Positions 41,334 through 53,419 are shown, counted from the first letter of the stretch. The stretch is DNA of 64,000 bases from Eledone cirrhosa (GCA_964016885.1 OZ024742.1:300824001-300888000), one strand, 5' to 3'. Numbers and translations are program-made. The notes: generated by a model from the sequence alone, not told the origin.

Positions 41334-41454
41334 TTATTCTGATGAAATGATAGTTGATAATAACATTGAAATATTGAGTGTCTGCATAATTAATACTTTG
41401 TAGATAGCAGCTGTTTTCAGGTTATGTAACTGTTATTGAAACACGTGTCAATAA
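41334..41454 (+). ncRNA. Hammerhead ribozyme, best-conserved motif in the window
   Basis: UUAUU CUGAUGA AAUGAUAGUUG...UAACUGUUAUU GAAAC ACGU GUC AAUAA: all core nucleotides, 11-bp stem II base, palindromic ACGU loop III, GUC site; (TA)n about 40 nt downstream. Confidence 0.85.
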
Positions 41455-41488
41455 ATTCCTTTTAACTGAACTGTATCCATTTAAATCC

Positions 41489-41539
<51 letters not shown>

Positions 41540-42090
41540 CTTATCATGGAATAGAATTCCTGAAATGCTGTACAAATACATCTTTCTTTCTATCTTAAAT
41601 GAAATATCATTATATTTCATTAAAGATGGCACCAGATCGTCATTCTGATGGAGAAGAAAATCTGTCATGCTGGCAGTGAAAGAAATCTCTTTATTATACT
41701 TCGTTAACCCCGAAATGTTGCTCTTTGTAAATAGATGTTCAAATGTACGAGTTTGTGTGTATGCATGACTGTATTTATTTAAGAAATAGTTGAAAAATCA
41801 GAGTTTGTGCTCTCCACTTGTCATCACCATCAAACTCCATTTCCTTTCCTTTGAACAAGAGGTTCTAACACCCAAATAACATGACATATAAAGTAAATGT
41901 GTAAACTTTTTTGCTTTATTTTTTTCTTATTTTACTTTATTCTAGTTTTCACTCTTGTATTTCTAACTGCATACTACCAGCTTTCCCCAAACAATCCTAA
42001 CCATACTGATTCATATAAACTAGGCAGCATATATACATCACCCTGCTCGTCTCCTCAATCTTTCTATTTCTTCTTTAATTTCTCATTCTA

Positions 42091-42126
42091 TTTTCTGATG
42101 AAGGACTAGCATTTGAAACGTTAAGA
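42091..42126 (+). ncRNA. Minimal hammerhead motif, copy 1 (slightly decayed)
   Basis: UUUU CUGAUGA AGGACUAGCAUUU GAAAC GUU AAGA. Confidence 0.65.
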
Positions 42127-42741
42127 ATGTTTTCCTACTATATCAAGCATAAAACTAATAATATATTTCTTCATTGTACTGTGTCGTTTGGTTTTTTATT
42201 TCTGTTTGCCTTTTGCCTATACATATATGTATATATATATATTCCCCTCTTGAACTCAACTCACCTTGCCAATTTCTCTAATATCCCGTCCATTATCACA
42301 CCCCTAGATTCCTGTCACTTTCTCTTTATCATTAACATCTACTCTTACAACTAATACAGGTAGACTATATATGCTCACTCCATTTTTCCCTTCACTGTTC
42401 TGTATACACACATACACACCCTTATATTAACATACTTATGCTCATAGCTTTGTACTTACATGCACACACACTCTTTTACTCACATATACACACACATTTC
42501 TTCTTAGCTTCGTACGGACGTATAATAAGGCACACACACACAAACACACATGCTTACACACGTGCACAAGTATAGTTCTTTTCACAAAACAGTTTTTTCT
42601 AAAAAATAAATAATACACAAAACACCAGCACCAACAGTTTTGCAAGAGATGTCAACATAAATGGACCGGTTATTTTTATCTAAAAACATTTTATCCAATT
42701 CCAACCCGCCGTCCCCTCAATCTATCTTATTTCTCATTCTT

Positions 42742-42777
42742 TCTTCTGATGAAGGACTAGCGTCTGAAACGTTAAGA
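42742..42777 (+). ncRNA. Minimal hammerhead motif, copy 2
   Basis: UCUU CUGAUGA A GGAC UAGC GUCU GAAAC GUU AAGA: stems I and II paired, loopless palindromic AACGUU stem III; lies in an ~170-bp unit repeated at 42050-42222 and 42710-42870, each ending in (TA)n. Confidence 0.78.
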
Positions 42778-42863
42778 CCCTCTTCCTGCTATATCAAGCG
42801 TTGACCTAATATATCCCTTCCAAATACTGTACCGATTGTGTTGTTATTTCTGTTTACCTTTTG

Positions 42864-42896
<33 letters not shown>

Positions 42897-42992
42897 CATC
42901 ATCATCATCATCATCCTCGTTTAACGTCCACTTTCCACGCTAGCATGGGTTAGACGGGAGTTGTCCCATATATATATATATATATATATATA

Positions 42993-43170
42993 TATTGAAA
43001 GGATAACAAGGACGATTCATTACTCCTTCATTGCATTTATTGGTAGGTGACTCCTTGTTATCCTTTCAATATATTACACTCTGTATAGCTCTACACCTCA
43101 TCACAGAAGTGAACCTAAACATCGAGTGCTCACCTGGGTGAACCTGCAGTAACTCCAAGTTACACCCCCT

Positions 43171-43173
<3 letters not shown>
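42993..43173. mobile_element. Internally deleted relative of the 3496-6242 element
   Basis: Same ataacaaggacgat..ttactc.ttcatt left arm and acactctgt.tagctctacacctc...gtaactccaagttacac.ccctgga tail; (TA)n flanks. Confidence 0.85.
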
Positions 43174-43236
<63 letters not shown>

Positions 43237-44026
43237 ACATATAAAACTTTAAAGGAACATTACCAGTCCAGCTTCCTGTTATTTTAATCAAACTAATATA
43301 TATATATTATTTCAAGTATCACATCAAAACTAAAACTGCAGTAAATTATTTGAGCTAGTCCCTCGAAAGGAATTAATTCTTCCATCAGAGTTATACGAGG
43401 GAAACACCATGAATAATATATAGACCAGATGTATGTATGCAGCTATAGTATATAACAACAACAATGACAAACACCAAAAGGGAAAAGAATTTTATATAGA
43501 GAGAGAAATGGCAACCATCAACCACATAGACAAAATGAGACCAAATTCAGCAGCTGGCCTTGTACGTTTCCCAGCAATCCGCCTAAAAACATGCAAGCAA
43601 ACATTATCAAAACCACTGCAGATCTTCATTCTGTGACTTGACAGGTCAGTGAGACCTTATCTTGCTCGTATATTTCATATTTTTCAGGGTCTCTATGGCT
43701 GGATGTCATCTGTACACACAAACATAGCTCTCCTGCAACCCAATTTAAGGATAATTCCTCTGAAGATTTCTATACTCCAAAGAATTTGCCTGGTACTTTA
43801 TTTTATTGATCCCAGAAAGAGAAAAGACAAATTTGACCTCAACAAGATTTGAACTCAGAACTTATAGGGTCATAACTAAATGGTGCAAAGTGTTTTATCT
43901 GATGCTCTAACAATTCTCCCAATAATAATGATGATGATGACGATGATAGTGGTGGTGATGATGATAATTATGATGATGCTGATGATGATAATAATAATAT
44001 CAATAATAATAATAATAATAATAATA

Positions 44027-46656
44027 CCAAAGAAACTTCTACAGAAAAATTGGTAAGTCAACAATAACTGCTAAATCAATACCACCCAAGGAGGAAGTGC
44101 AAGAATTCTGGGAAAAGATCTGGGCCGAAGAAAAAGTTCATAACATACATGCCTCATGGATAGACAGACAAATGAAAGATACAGCTCATCTTGAGGAACA
44201 AATATGGGAAAATATAACAGTTGAACAGTTGCGCTTGGCTCTAAGAAAAACCAGCAAATGGAAATCCCCAGGAAAAGACAAAATACAAAACTTTTGGATA
44301 AATGCCTTCACAGAGTCTCATGAGCTGTTAACTATTTCATTGTAAAGTTGGGCTAAGGAGCCAGAAAAGATACCATCATGGCTAGTTAACGGCATTACAT
44401 TCCTGCTTCCGAAGAATGATGAGACAAACAATCCCAAAAATTACAGACCGATAACTTGCTTGACCACAATGTATAAAATTTTAACATCAGTCCTAACTGA
44501 ATACACATATGACCACCTGATAACAAATGACCTATTTCCCATTGAGCAGAAAGGGTGTAAACGAGGCTCATATGGCTGTAAGGATCAGCTTCTGGTTAAC
44601 AAAATGATACTGGAAGATTGTCATAATAGACACAAAAATCTATCGATTGCTTGGATAGATTATAAAAAAGCATTCGATAGTTTGCCACACAGTTGGATTG
44701 AAAAATGTTTAGAGATTTTCAAAATATCCCCCGTTGTCAGGAGGTTTTTGTCATTCAGTATGAAGACATGGAAAACGACACTCCTTTTGAATAGTGAAAC
44801 AAAATCACTGGAAGCTGGAGAAGTTAATATTAATTGTGGAATTTTTCAGGGTGACTCTTTATCACCGCTTTTATTCTGCATCGCACTTATACCATTAAGT
44901 AAAATGCTCAATGAAACAAAACATGGATATAAAGTCTATGACAAAACCATTAATCACTTGTTCTACATGGATGACCTGAAACTATTTGCAAAAAATGATG
45001 AACAATTGCAAGGGCTATTATCCACTGTGGAGCAGTTCAGTGATGACATTAAAATGGAGTTTGGACTAGATAAATGCGCCAAAGCAACGTTCACCAGAGG
45101 AAAGCTGCTGAAGAGTTCAGACATTAATCTTGATCGGGGGAACGTGATAAGAGAACTTGATCAAGAAAAAACTTACAAATATCTAGGTGTTTGTGAAGGA
45201 GACGGAATCAAGCACTCGACAATGAGGGAAAGGATAAGGAAGGAATGTTACCGCAGAGTAAGAGCAATCTTAAGAACGGAATTGAATGCAAGGAATAGGA
45301 TCGATGCCATAAACACGCTTGCCATACCAGTAGTAACATACAGTTACAATGTCATCAACTGGTCAAGCACAGAGATCCGTAGGCTCGATACAAAATTCGA
45401 AAACTCTTAACCATGCACAGAATGCATCACCCTAAGGCAGATATAGATAGAATATATCTCCCTAGGAAAGAAGGAGGACGTGGGTTAATCCAGTTAGACA
45501 TTGCGTTGAAAACTGCAACAATTGGATTATCTACATATCTAAGGGAATCACATGATTGGATGATCAAACTCGTTTTGAAACACGAAAGCATCAAAAGATC
45601 ATATTCCATTACAAAAGATGCACAACGATACAGTAATGGACTACAAATTTCAGAAGTCCCATTTACTGCTGAAATGGAAAACACAGAAAAAGCAAAGCAG
45701 GTAAAAGTAACTGCAAAGAAAGAACTGCTACAGAAACTGGCTAAGAAATGGCAAGAAAAGCCTCTGTATGGAAAATACCCAGAGCGAGCTAACAATCCTG
45801 ATGTTGACAAAACGTTAACCCATCAGTGGTTGGCATCCTCTGGACTGAAATCGGAGACTGAAGGACTGATTATATCAGCACAAGATCAGTGTCTGCCAAC
45901 AAAAAATTACCAAGCCAACATAATAAAAAATGGATGCAGCCCATTATGCCATGTATGCAAAAAACAACCAGAGACCATTGACCATATAATTTCAATGTGC
46001 AGTCCTATAGCTCCAACCGAATATCTAAACAGGCATGACAGAGCTGCACAATACATACATTGGATAATGTGTAAGCATTTTGACCTGCCCCATCAAAAGA
46101 ATTGGTGGGAGCATCAACCACCTCCCATACTTGAAAAAGATCACATCTCAATCTTGTGGAACTTTAGCATCCAAACAGACCGAAAAATAGATGCAAATAG
46201 ACCTGATATAATATTGAAGGACTTTAAAAAGAGGGTATGCCTGCTAATTGATATGTCTGTTCCAATAGACAAGAATGTATCTATAAAAACATTTGAAAAA
46301 TTGAGCAAGTATAAGGACCTGGAGATAGAAATTGGAAAAAATGTGGAAATTGAGAACTAAAACAATACCAGTGGTTGTAGGTGCTCTGGGAATGATACCT
46401 AAGGGGTCTAATGATTACTTATCGCAAATCCCAGGAAACCCGCGTATAGGAGAAATACAAAAGATAGTACTAATGGGAACTGCCCATATACTAAGGAAGA
46501 TTCTGTCAATATAAGTACATCACAAGTCTAAACACTAAAGATGCATGTGTGAGTATGTATGTTCTTTCTTGAACATGGCAGACCTTGTTGTCTCTTGAGG
46601 TCACTGGTTGTGACTTGGTGATAACTCGTATGAACATAAAGCAAGATAAATGCAAC

Positions 46657-46657
<1 letters not shown>
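44027..46657 (+). pseudogene. 5'-truncated RLE-type non-LTR retrotransposon (R4/Dong-like) in (AAT)n
   Basis: KSPGKD, WIDYKKAFDSLPH, GIFQGDSLSPLLF, YMDDLKLFA, CHVC..ETIDHIISMC, RPDI..IDMSVP..K..KY.DL; interrupted by a few stops and frameshifts; (AAT)n on both sides. Confidence 0.9.
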
Positions 46658-46703
<46 letters not shown>

Positions 46704-46964
46704 TTTCTTTATTAACCACAAGGGTTTACATAAAGTAGACATTAAGGACAGTGCAGGACAATGCAGGACGGTACAAATGGGCATTTCTGCGTGTAAAAAA
46801 ACAAAAACAGAGGATGTAACAAAAATAACAATGAAAATAACAATGAAAAAATTCCCCAATAGGGGGGAGACTTCGGAGGGACATTTGTGGAGAAAGCCCA
46901 GTAAAAAGCCACAATGACCCTGACCACCAAGGCAAGTGCCCTCTCCCAGTTTTCCACCTTTAGT

Positions 46965-49900
46965 TTACAGATATATACTCAGAGTCGGCCCATTCACTCG
47001 GGCCATTCTTGCTTCTCTCACCCATCTTTCAACAAAATGCTGGGAAGAGAGCACTTCCTTCTCTACTCTGATTTTCCTTTTCAAATGAAATTTGAAAAAG
47101 TCAATCAGAGCATCACCGAAGAGGTAAGTGCTCGTCTTCAGCCCTTTCAAACGTGTCCACCATACTATCTCTTTCGCCATGGCCACCAGACAGATAAAAA
47201 CTGCCTGCCCTTCCCGGCTAAAGGAGGAGGGCGGGGCAATCCTCACGATAGACTCAGATGATAGCTGGATCCGTCCTAAACGCGACAGCAGGTGTTCGAC
47301 ATAAACCCACAAGTCAGCAATTTTCGGACACTGGACGAGTGCGTGCAGGACGGTTTCGTCGCCCTGCGCGCATCTCGGACATGCCCGGCTGACGGCACCT
47401 CCATGCCTGTAGAGTTTATCCCGAACTGGCAAGGCTCCTCGGTAGCACTGCCAGGCCAGAGATTTCTGGAAGTTGTCCATAGGCCCTGGCCCGAAAGTTC
47501 TTCCGAAGAGATTGGCTAGTTGATTTTCGTCGACGCCTAGAGTTTCCCCAAGTACGTCGTCGCTCTTCCCCTCCACTAATCCTCTATAGAACGCCGAGGT
47601 GGAGTTTCCACCGATCACATTGCCCGATTGGTCGAGGGCTGTGAGCGCCTGAAGACATTCCAGTCTCCAGGCGCTCCCTCTCGGTCTTCGCTTGACCCAG
47701 GACTGCAGCTCCGTCAAGGAAACGAGCTGGGGAAAAACGCGTCTAGCAAACGGCGACCACACCTGATCACCGTCGAGGAAGAGGTGGAGATGTCGTAGCC
47801 TGAGCGCGTGCCTGCGCATCATCAGCCACGGCATGCCCAGCCCTCCACGTAGCGGGTGTTGACAACAGATGGACCGCCTGACCATCGGAGCACGTCCCTT
47901 CCACAAAAAGCGAAAGAGCAAACGCTCCAGCGCAGTCAGGCGAGGCTTAGGACAAGGTACGACGGTTAGGCGGTAGCAGATGACAGACGCGATGTACGCG
48001 TTAGCCACCTCCGCTCGACCTTTCAGGGATAGCTTCCTCTCCGCCCATTTCTGGGTGAGAGAAGCCACCCTGCTCGTCACCTCGTCCCAGTTTTTGTCCG
48101 TCTGGAGGTCCGGACCGAACCAGACCCCTAGCAATTTAACCGGTCCGTCCGTCCAGCGCCCGACGACGCTGTTGGACGGCATGGACCTGCCTCTCCAGGT
48201 GCCGAGCTGCAGGCCCACTGACTTTTCCTGGTTGATCATTGCTCCTGTCACCGCTTCGTATTCTCTTAGTGTAGTGCCGATCGCCTCGATGTGTTTGGCG
48301 TTCGACACCACTACGGTGACATCGTCCGCATATGCTGACACGGATCTTCCGCATCCTAGTTCGCGCGGGACTCCCCTCAACGTCTCCAGTTTGTGCAGTA
48401 ATGGCTCGAGAGTCAATACGTACAAGAGGGACGAGAGGGGACATCCTTGGCGGACCGAGCGCATGATGTTGAACGGTTCCGACAGGTGACCGTTCACTCT
48501 CACCACAGAGCAGATGTCGCTGTGCATGGCAGCGATCCAGCCTCTGAAGACGGGCCCAAAGCCAGCCGCCCTCAGGACTGCCGCTAGGTAACGATGGTCG
48601 ACCCTATCGAAAGCTTTCGACTGATCTAAATTGATCAAGGACCCACCCGTGCCAGGTTCCCTAGCTACCCTCTCTACGATGTATCGCATGAGGTGGAGGT
48701 TGTCGTGGATGGATCTGTCGGGAATGGCGCATGTCTGCGCCTCTCCCACCAGACCACCAACGACAAGCGCCAACCTCTTTGCTAGCACCTTGGCCAAAAT
48801 CTTAAACTCTGTGTTTAGCAGAGTTATGGGCCGGAAATTGTCTATGTTATCCCCCTTGTTCGGATCCTTTCTCAGCAGTGCCACCGCTCCTCGGCTCACA
48901 GAACTGGGAATTCTCCCGTTCTGTTGCCAGTTGCAGTAGACGTCCGCCAAGAGGCCTCCGAACAAGTCTGGCATCTGTACGTAAAGTTCATAGGGCAGAC
49001 CATCCAAACCAGGCGATTTACCCCTTGTGCAGCCAGTCATTGCCTCCCGTACTTCAGCGGCTGTTATCGGCTTTTCGCAACACCTCGCCTCAGTGGCCGA
49101 GAGCCGCGGCAGCCCGTCGAGGTAGACACTAAAGTCCATCCCTCTACCCGGCCCCCCGCTGCCCCCGAACAGCTGAGCGAAGTGTCGCTGAAAAGCTTCA
49201 CACATTTGCCCGGGATCGAGTAGCATGCGCCCGTCGTGGTCCACCAAAGACCGGATCGTGGCTTTGTTGCCACGACGCGCCTCCGCCACTCGGGCCCATT
49301 GAACGGCTTTCGTCCCCTCGTGTCTGAGAGCACGCACCCTAGCTCTGACAACGCAGCCTTCGTGCTTTGCATTGAAGAATTGGTCAAGGGCCAATTTCGC
49401 CGCAAGCACGTCGGTCGCAATGCCTTTGCTAAGCGCCTCGTCTAATTTTCTAACTAGTTCTCCCTCTGCTCTATTTTTCTCTATTGCTAAAGCCTTACTA
49501 AACCTAATCGATTCTATTCTAATCGCTCTTTTCAGAGCAAACCACCACTTGTTGTTGACGATGGCCCCCGTCAACGCCCGCTTAACTAGTTCGCTAATCC
49601 GGTCTCTGTAGGCCTTGCGCGCTGGTAAGGACGCGTTTAGCTTCCAGTAGCCGGGTCCTCGTCTATGAAGCCTATCTAAGTCAAGCACACAGATCACGAA
49701 TTTGTGGTCCGTGTAGCTGACTATCTTGAATTGTGGACAGCCTATGCTAGACCTATCTATTTCCCTACAAAATACTCTATCTAGATATGATCTGGATGAC
49801 CCTATGCGGTTTGTCCAAGTCCACATTGGCACATTCGGGAAATCCAATCGGTACCTGTCAGACAGTTCAAAACGCCTGAGCAGGTTGGTGAGGCTCTTGC

Positions 49901-50384
49901 ACCCTCCACCCCTATCCGCTAATCCCACACAGTCCCAGCGTGCATCTAAGATCCCGTTCCAGTCGCCCACTAACACTAAAGAGCGGGACGTTCCAAGAAA
50001 GGTCTCCAGACGCCGGAAGAAATCAGGCCGCCCTGCTCCTGTCGGGGCATAGACGGCCACTAGCCTGAAAGCTTGCCCGTCTCCGCTGGTCACGTCCAGC
50101 ACCACCAGCTTACCCTCTGGGTCCAGGAAGATGGCCCGTATGGCGAGATCCAAACCTCTCCGAAAAAGTACAGCAACTCCTCCACCGGATCCAGGACGGC
50201 TGGGAGATGCGTACACATCGTAGCCGCCGAAGATCGGTGCGAAGGCCCGTGCTTCGGAGATTCTGGTCTCGCTGATGGCCACTACATCTATGTTTAGTGA
50301 CCTGAGGTCGTTGAGCAGGTGACCCTGCTTCCATGACGACCCCAAGCCACGCGCATTTATGCTGCCTATTCTGAGTGAGGTCAT
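46965..50384 (-). CDS. Tx1/L1-like ORF2: endonuclease, reverse transcriptase and C-terminal CCHC (1139 aa)
   Basis: SINARGL, ISET, VYAP, GDWN, YLDR, TDH, GYWKLN, KSPGLDGLP, NFRPITLLN, LDQSKAFDRV, VRQGCPLS, AYADD, CPRC..ETVLHALVQC; uninterrupted. Confidence 0.93.
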   Translation of the reverse strand: MTSLRIGSINARGLGSSWKQGHLLNDLRSLNIDVVAISETRISEARAFAPIFGGYDVYASPSRPGSGGGVAVLFRRGLDLAIRAIFLDPEGKLVVLDVTSGDGQAFRLVAVYAPTGAGRPDFFRRLETFLGTSRSLVLVGDWNGILDARWDCVGLADRGGGCKSLTNLLRRFELSDRYRLDFPNVPMWTWTNRIGSSRSYLDRVFCREIDRSSIGCPQFKIVSYTDHKFVICVLDLDRLHRRGPGYWKLNASLPARKAYRDRISELVKRALTGAIVNNKWWFALKRAIRIESIRFSKALAIEKNRAEGELVRKLDEALSKGIATDVLAAKLALDQFFNAKHEGCVVRARVRALRHEGTKAVQWARVAEARRGNKATIRSLVDHDGRMLLDPGQMCEAFQRHFAQLFGGSGGPGRGMDFSVYLDGLPRLSATEARCCEKPITAAEVREAMTGCTRGKSPGLDGLPYELYVQMPDLFGGLLADVYCNWQQNGRIPSSVSRGAVALLRKDPNKGDNIDNFRPITLLNTEFKILAKVLAKRLALVVGGLVGEAQTCAIPDRSIHDNLHLMRYIVERVAREPGTGGSLINLDQSKAFDRVDHRYLAAVLRAAGFGPVFRGWIAAMHSDICSVVRVNGHLSEPFNIMRSVRQGCPLSSLLYVLTLEPLLHKLETLRGVPRELGCGRSVSAYADDVTVVVSNAKHIEAIGTTLREYEAVTGAMINQEKSVGLQLGTWRGRSMPSNSVVGRWTDGPVKLLGVWFGPDLQTDKNWDEVTSRVASLTQKWAERKLSLKGRAEVANAYIASVICYRLTVVPCPKPRLTALERLLFRFLWKGRAPMVRRSICCQHPLRGGLGMPWLMMRRHALRLRHLHLFLDGDQVWSPFARRVFPQLVSLTELQSWVKRRPRGSAWRLECLQALTALDQSGNVIGGNSTSAFYRGLVEGKSDDVLGETLGVDENQLANLFGRTFGPGPMDNFQKSLAWQCYRGALPVRDKLYRHGGAVSRACPRCAQGDETVLHALVQCPKIADLWVYVEHLLSRLGRIQLSSESIVRIAPPSSFSREGQAVFICLVAMAKEIVWWTRLKGLKTSTYLFGDALIDFFKFHLKRKIRVEKEVLSSQHFVERWVREARMARVNGPTLSIYL

Positions 50385-50419
50385 GTTTAAAATAGAGTGG
50401 AAAAGATGGGAAAGACCAC

Positions 50420-52551
50420 TTACCGTATTTTTGGTAGAGGAGGGATGGTTTTTACATCCCTTTTCACTTGATCGTCTGGTGAAGGGACCGTTGAATCGTC
50501 CCTTCGGCTGGTCGTCGGCTCTTCTAAGAGAATGTCTGAATATACTCTTCGATTAATGGTTCCTCCTAGGTCCCTGAAATCACCAACTGCGTTGGGGAAT
50601 TTCGTTTTAATGTTTGTGTATTGTTTCTGTGCTATTTTTAGCAGTCTTATGTTAGTTGGCGTTTTGATTGGTGCTGGTATTATGTAGTCCTGTTGTGAAA
50701 TGTCTGTGTGTTCAATTATGTAAGTCATTAGTTTCTTGTTGTGTGTGTTTATTGCCGTGCATTTGTTTTTCTGGGGGTGGGGTGTGGTTCTGCTATTTTC
50801 TTGTCGTTGTTGCTGGGTGTGTGTGTTTTGTTGTTGTGTTTGCGATGTTGGTGCTTGTGGTGGTGGTGTTGAAGGTGTTGTTGGCGGTGGGGTTGTCGCC
50901 GGTGGTGATGGTGGTGCTGGTGTGGGTGGTGATGGTGTTGGTGGTGTTGCTGCTGTGGGTCTCTTTGCAGTAGACTTTACCCTTTTCTCATTTCTTTCCT
51001 CCCTTTTCAAAGGCGACGATGCGCTGCTTCTGCGTTTGTGCCTTCTTGAGACCTTTTGCCATCCCTCTCCCACCTCACACTCCATGTCTGATTCTGTAAG
51101 GTCGGGGAGGGGTACCAGCTCCACTCTTTCACTTGTTGTTGTTGGTGATGTTTGCACTGGAGTCTCTGTTGCAGCTGCATTTGGTATTGCTGTTGTTGTT
51201 GTTAATATTTCCACTGCTGCTGCTGTCTTTGATTTCCGTGGAGTGGGTATGGGTGCCACGGACCTATCGTTCCTGGTTGCCGCTTGTCCTGTTGCTGGTA
51301 GCCGTGGAACCGGATTCGGGAGGAGGGGGGTTTTCTCCTTTCTCAGGGTCTTCTCGTTGCAGAAGGCCCTGAGGTGAGTCTTCGATCCACAGCGAAAGCA
51401 TTTCGGGCGTTTGCCCTCAACACTTATGGGCAGTTGAGTGCCGTTATCGAAGTCTATCACATCCGGGATAGCTTCGATGCACTCCTGGTTGGTTTGGATT
51501 AGCATCTCAATGGAGGAGCCGACCCAATCTTCTCTTACTTTTTTTCTGTACTTGCAGTACAGTTGTTTTGTCCTCGATTCCGACGAGGACAGACGCGGCC
51601 AGCCAAGAAGGGGTCATTCCGGGGGGGGACGTGGGTCAGTTTGACCCTCACAATTTTTTGCCCGCAGTAGGAGGGCACCAACACCATTTCCTCGCTCCTT
51701 AGGGTCACTACTGATTGGGCCTTTGCCTCCTGGGGTGTGGCAAAAAGTACGTCTACGGTGGCGTATTTTTTGCCTCGGGTGATGTGCGTTTTCCTCTGCC
51801 ACACAGACCCCAAGGCTTTTTGTATTTGGGCCTCTGTGGCTCTTTCCACCCTACGGGATTTTGTACTTACTGTACGGTACGTGACCGTACAGTGCTCTTG
51901 GGTTTCGAAAAAATTTTTCGCTGCCTTGCAGATTGCTCGGTGTCCGTTCTTTGTCACCATCTTCTTCGCTTCCTCTAATTCCTCATTTGTTATGAGGATT
52001 GTTTCCAGGTTTTTCGCAATACCTGCAAATGAGATTGGTTTTTCTCTGCTGTTGTTGTTGTCGTCAGAGCTGCTGGTACTTTTGTTGTTGCTGCAGGTAC
52101 TACGACTACTGCCTCCGCCGCTGTTGCTGTGGTTGTTGTTGGTGTTGCTGCTGCTAATGCTGTTGTTGTTTATGCTGCTGGTGATGCTGTTGCGGCTGCT
52201 ACTGTTGTTTTCATTGTCACTGTTGCTGTTGTTATTACGGCTGCTACTGCTATTATTCCTGACGTCAGACGAATGAACTGGGTTTTCGTATTTCCCGCAC
52301 ACCTGTTTCGTCGCTGTCGTCGTCGTCGTGGAGAAACCTTGCACGCTTTGCACGAGACTTTTCTTTTCTTTCGTCGCTTGCGAAAGAGAAGGGAGGGAGA
52401 GAGACACATTTAAAGAAGGGAGGGAGAGAGACAATCTTCTCTCTCCTGTAGTGATGATTGAGGAAGAAGAAGACGGAATGAGTGGGAGTGACGTATGAAA
52501 TTTCTTTTTGGTAGCCATGTTTTTTTGTTTAAAATGAAATTTTGGGTACAA
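50420..52551 (-). CDS. Tx1-like ORF1 (gag-like, zinc knuckle), split into two reading frames near 51535-51630
   Basis: CFRCGSKTHLRAFC CCHC knuckle, low-complexity N/S and P/T tracts, directly upstream of ORF2; the break lies at homopolymer runs. Confidence 0.75.
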
Positions 52552-52731
52552 AACCCCAATAACTGGCTATTTAACCCCGAAGGGCCAAATAACGGACAGA
52601 AAGACCCCTCTCACGAGGAGGAGGGTGTCTTTATCAACAATTTGGTTCAAGTTTTAAACAATTTACAATTGTTTTAACGGTTAAAAATTACTATACCTTA
52701 CAGAGCCGAGCCTCCGTCAACCATGGCATTC

Positions 52732-52826
52732 AATAATAATAATAATAATGTTTTCTTTATTAACCACAAGGGTTTACATAAAGTAGACATTAAGGACAGT
52801 ACAGGACAATACAGGACGGTACAAAT
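52732..52826 (-). mobile_element. Short 3' end of another copy of the same Tx1-like LINE
   Basis: Near-identical to 46690-46778 (tctttattaaccacaagggtttacataaagtagacattaaggacagt...). Confidence 0.9.
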
Positions 52827-52844
52827 AATAATAATAAAAATAAT

Positions 52845-53215
52845 TTTAAAAAAAAGATCGTGCCTGATTGTGGATGTAGCCTGCCCATTCGACACGAGAA
52901 TGCAAGAGAAGGAGAAGGAGAAAATTAACCGATACCAGGACTTAAAGTGGGAGGTAAAAAGGATTTGGAACTGCCATGAGGTCAAAGTGGTCCCGATTGT
53001 CATAGGCGCACTAGGTACTATCCAAAGAGTTTCCAAGGATGGTTAAAGAAAATTGGTCCCGCCCCGCTTTTTGGAACAGTTCAAAAGACATGCTTGCTGG
53101 GAACAGCAAGAACCCTCCGATACGTCCTGAATATCTGAGGCTGCAGGTAGTTGCTTGATATTCATTTCAACAAACTTTCCAGTTAAATAACATCAATGAC
53201 TGAGACTCAAAGAAC
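52845..53215 (+). mobile_element. 3' fragment of an R4/Dong-like RLE element
   Basis: CLIVDVACPFD..KEKEKINRYQDLKWEVKRIW..VVPIVIGALG; followed by (AAT)n. Confidence 0.85.
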
Positions 53216-53258
<43 letters not shown>

Positions 53259-53419
53259 GTCTCTTTATTAGCTACACCGACCTCACATTAAGCAAACAAT
53301 AAGGACAGAACAGGTTATAGTAAAAACAACAACAAAAAATCTAAAATAATTATTTCTTTTTCTTAAATAATTATTTCTTTTTAAAATATCTAAAATGATA
53401 AAAATATCAATGAAAAACA

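Larger units (their letters stand above)
46659..52730 (-). mobile_element. Near-full-length Tx1/L1-clade LINE
   Basis: Two-ORF layout, 3' UTR and (TTA)n tail at 46659-46701. Confidence 0.9.

Noticed and set aside
41640-41740. CTGATGG...CGAAAT motif next to (TA)n
   Set aside because: Core mismatch and no convincing stems II or III.
52732-52826. LTR pair flanking the 46.7-52.7 kb element
   Set aside because: The element is a non-LTR APE-RT LINE; the direct repeat is a 3' stub of a second copy with its own tail.
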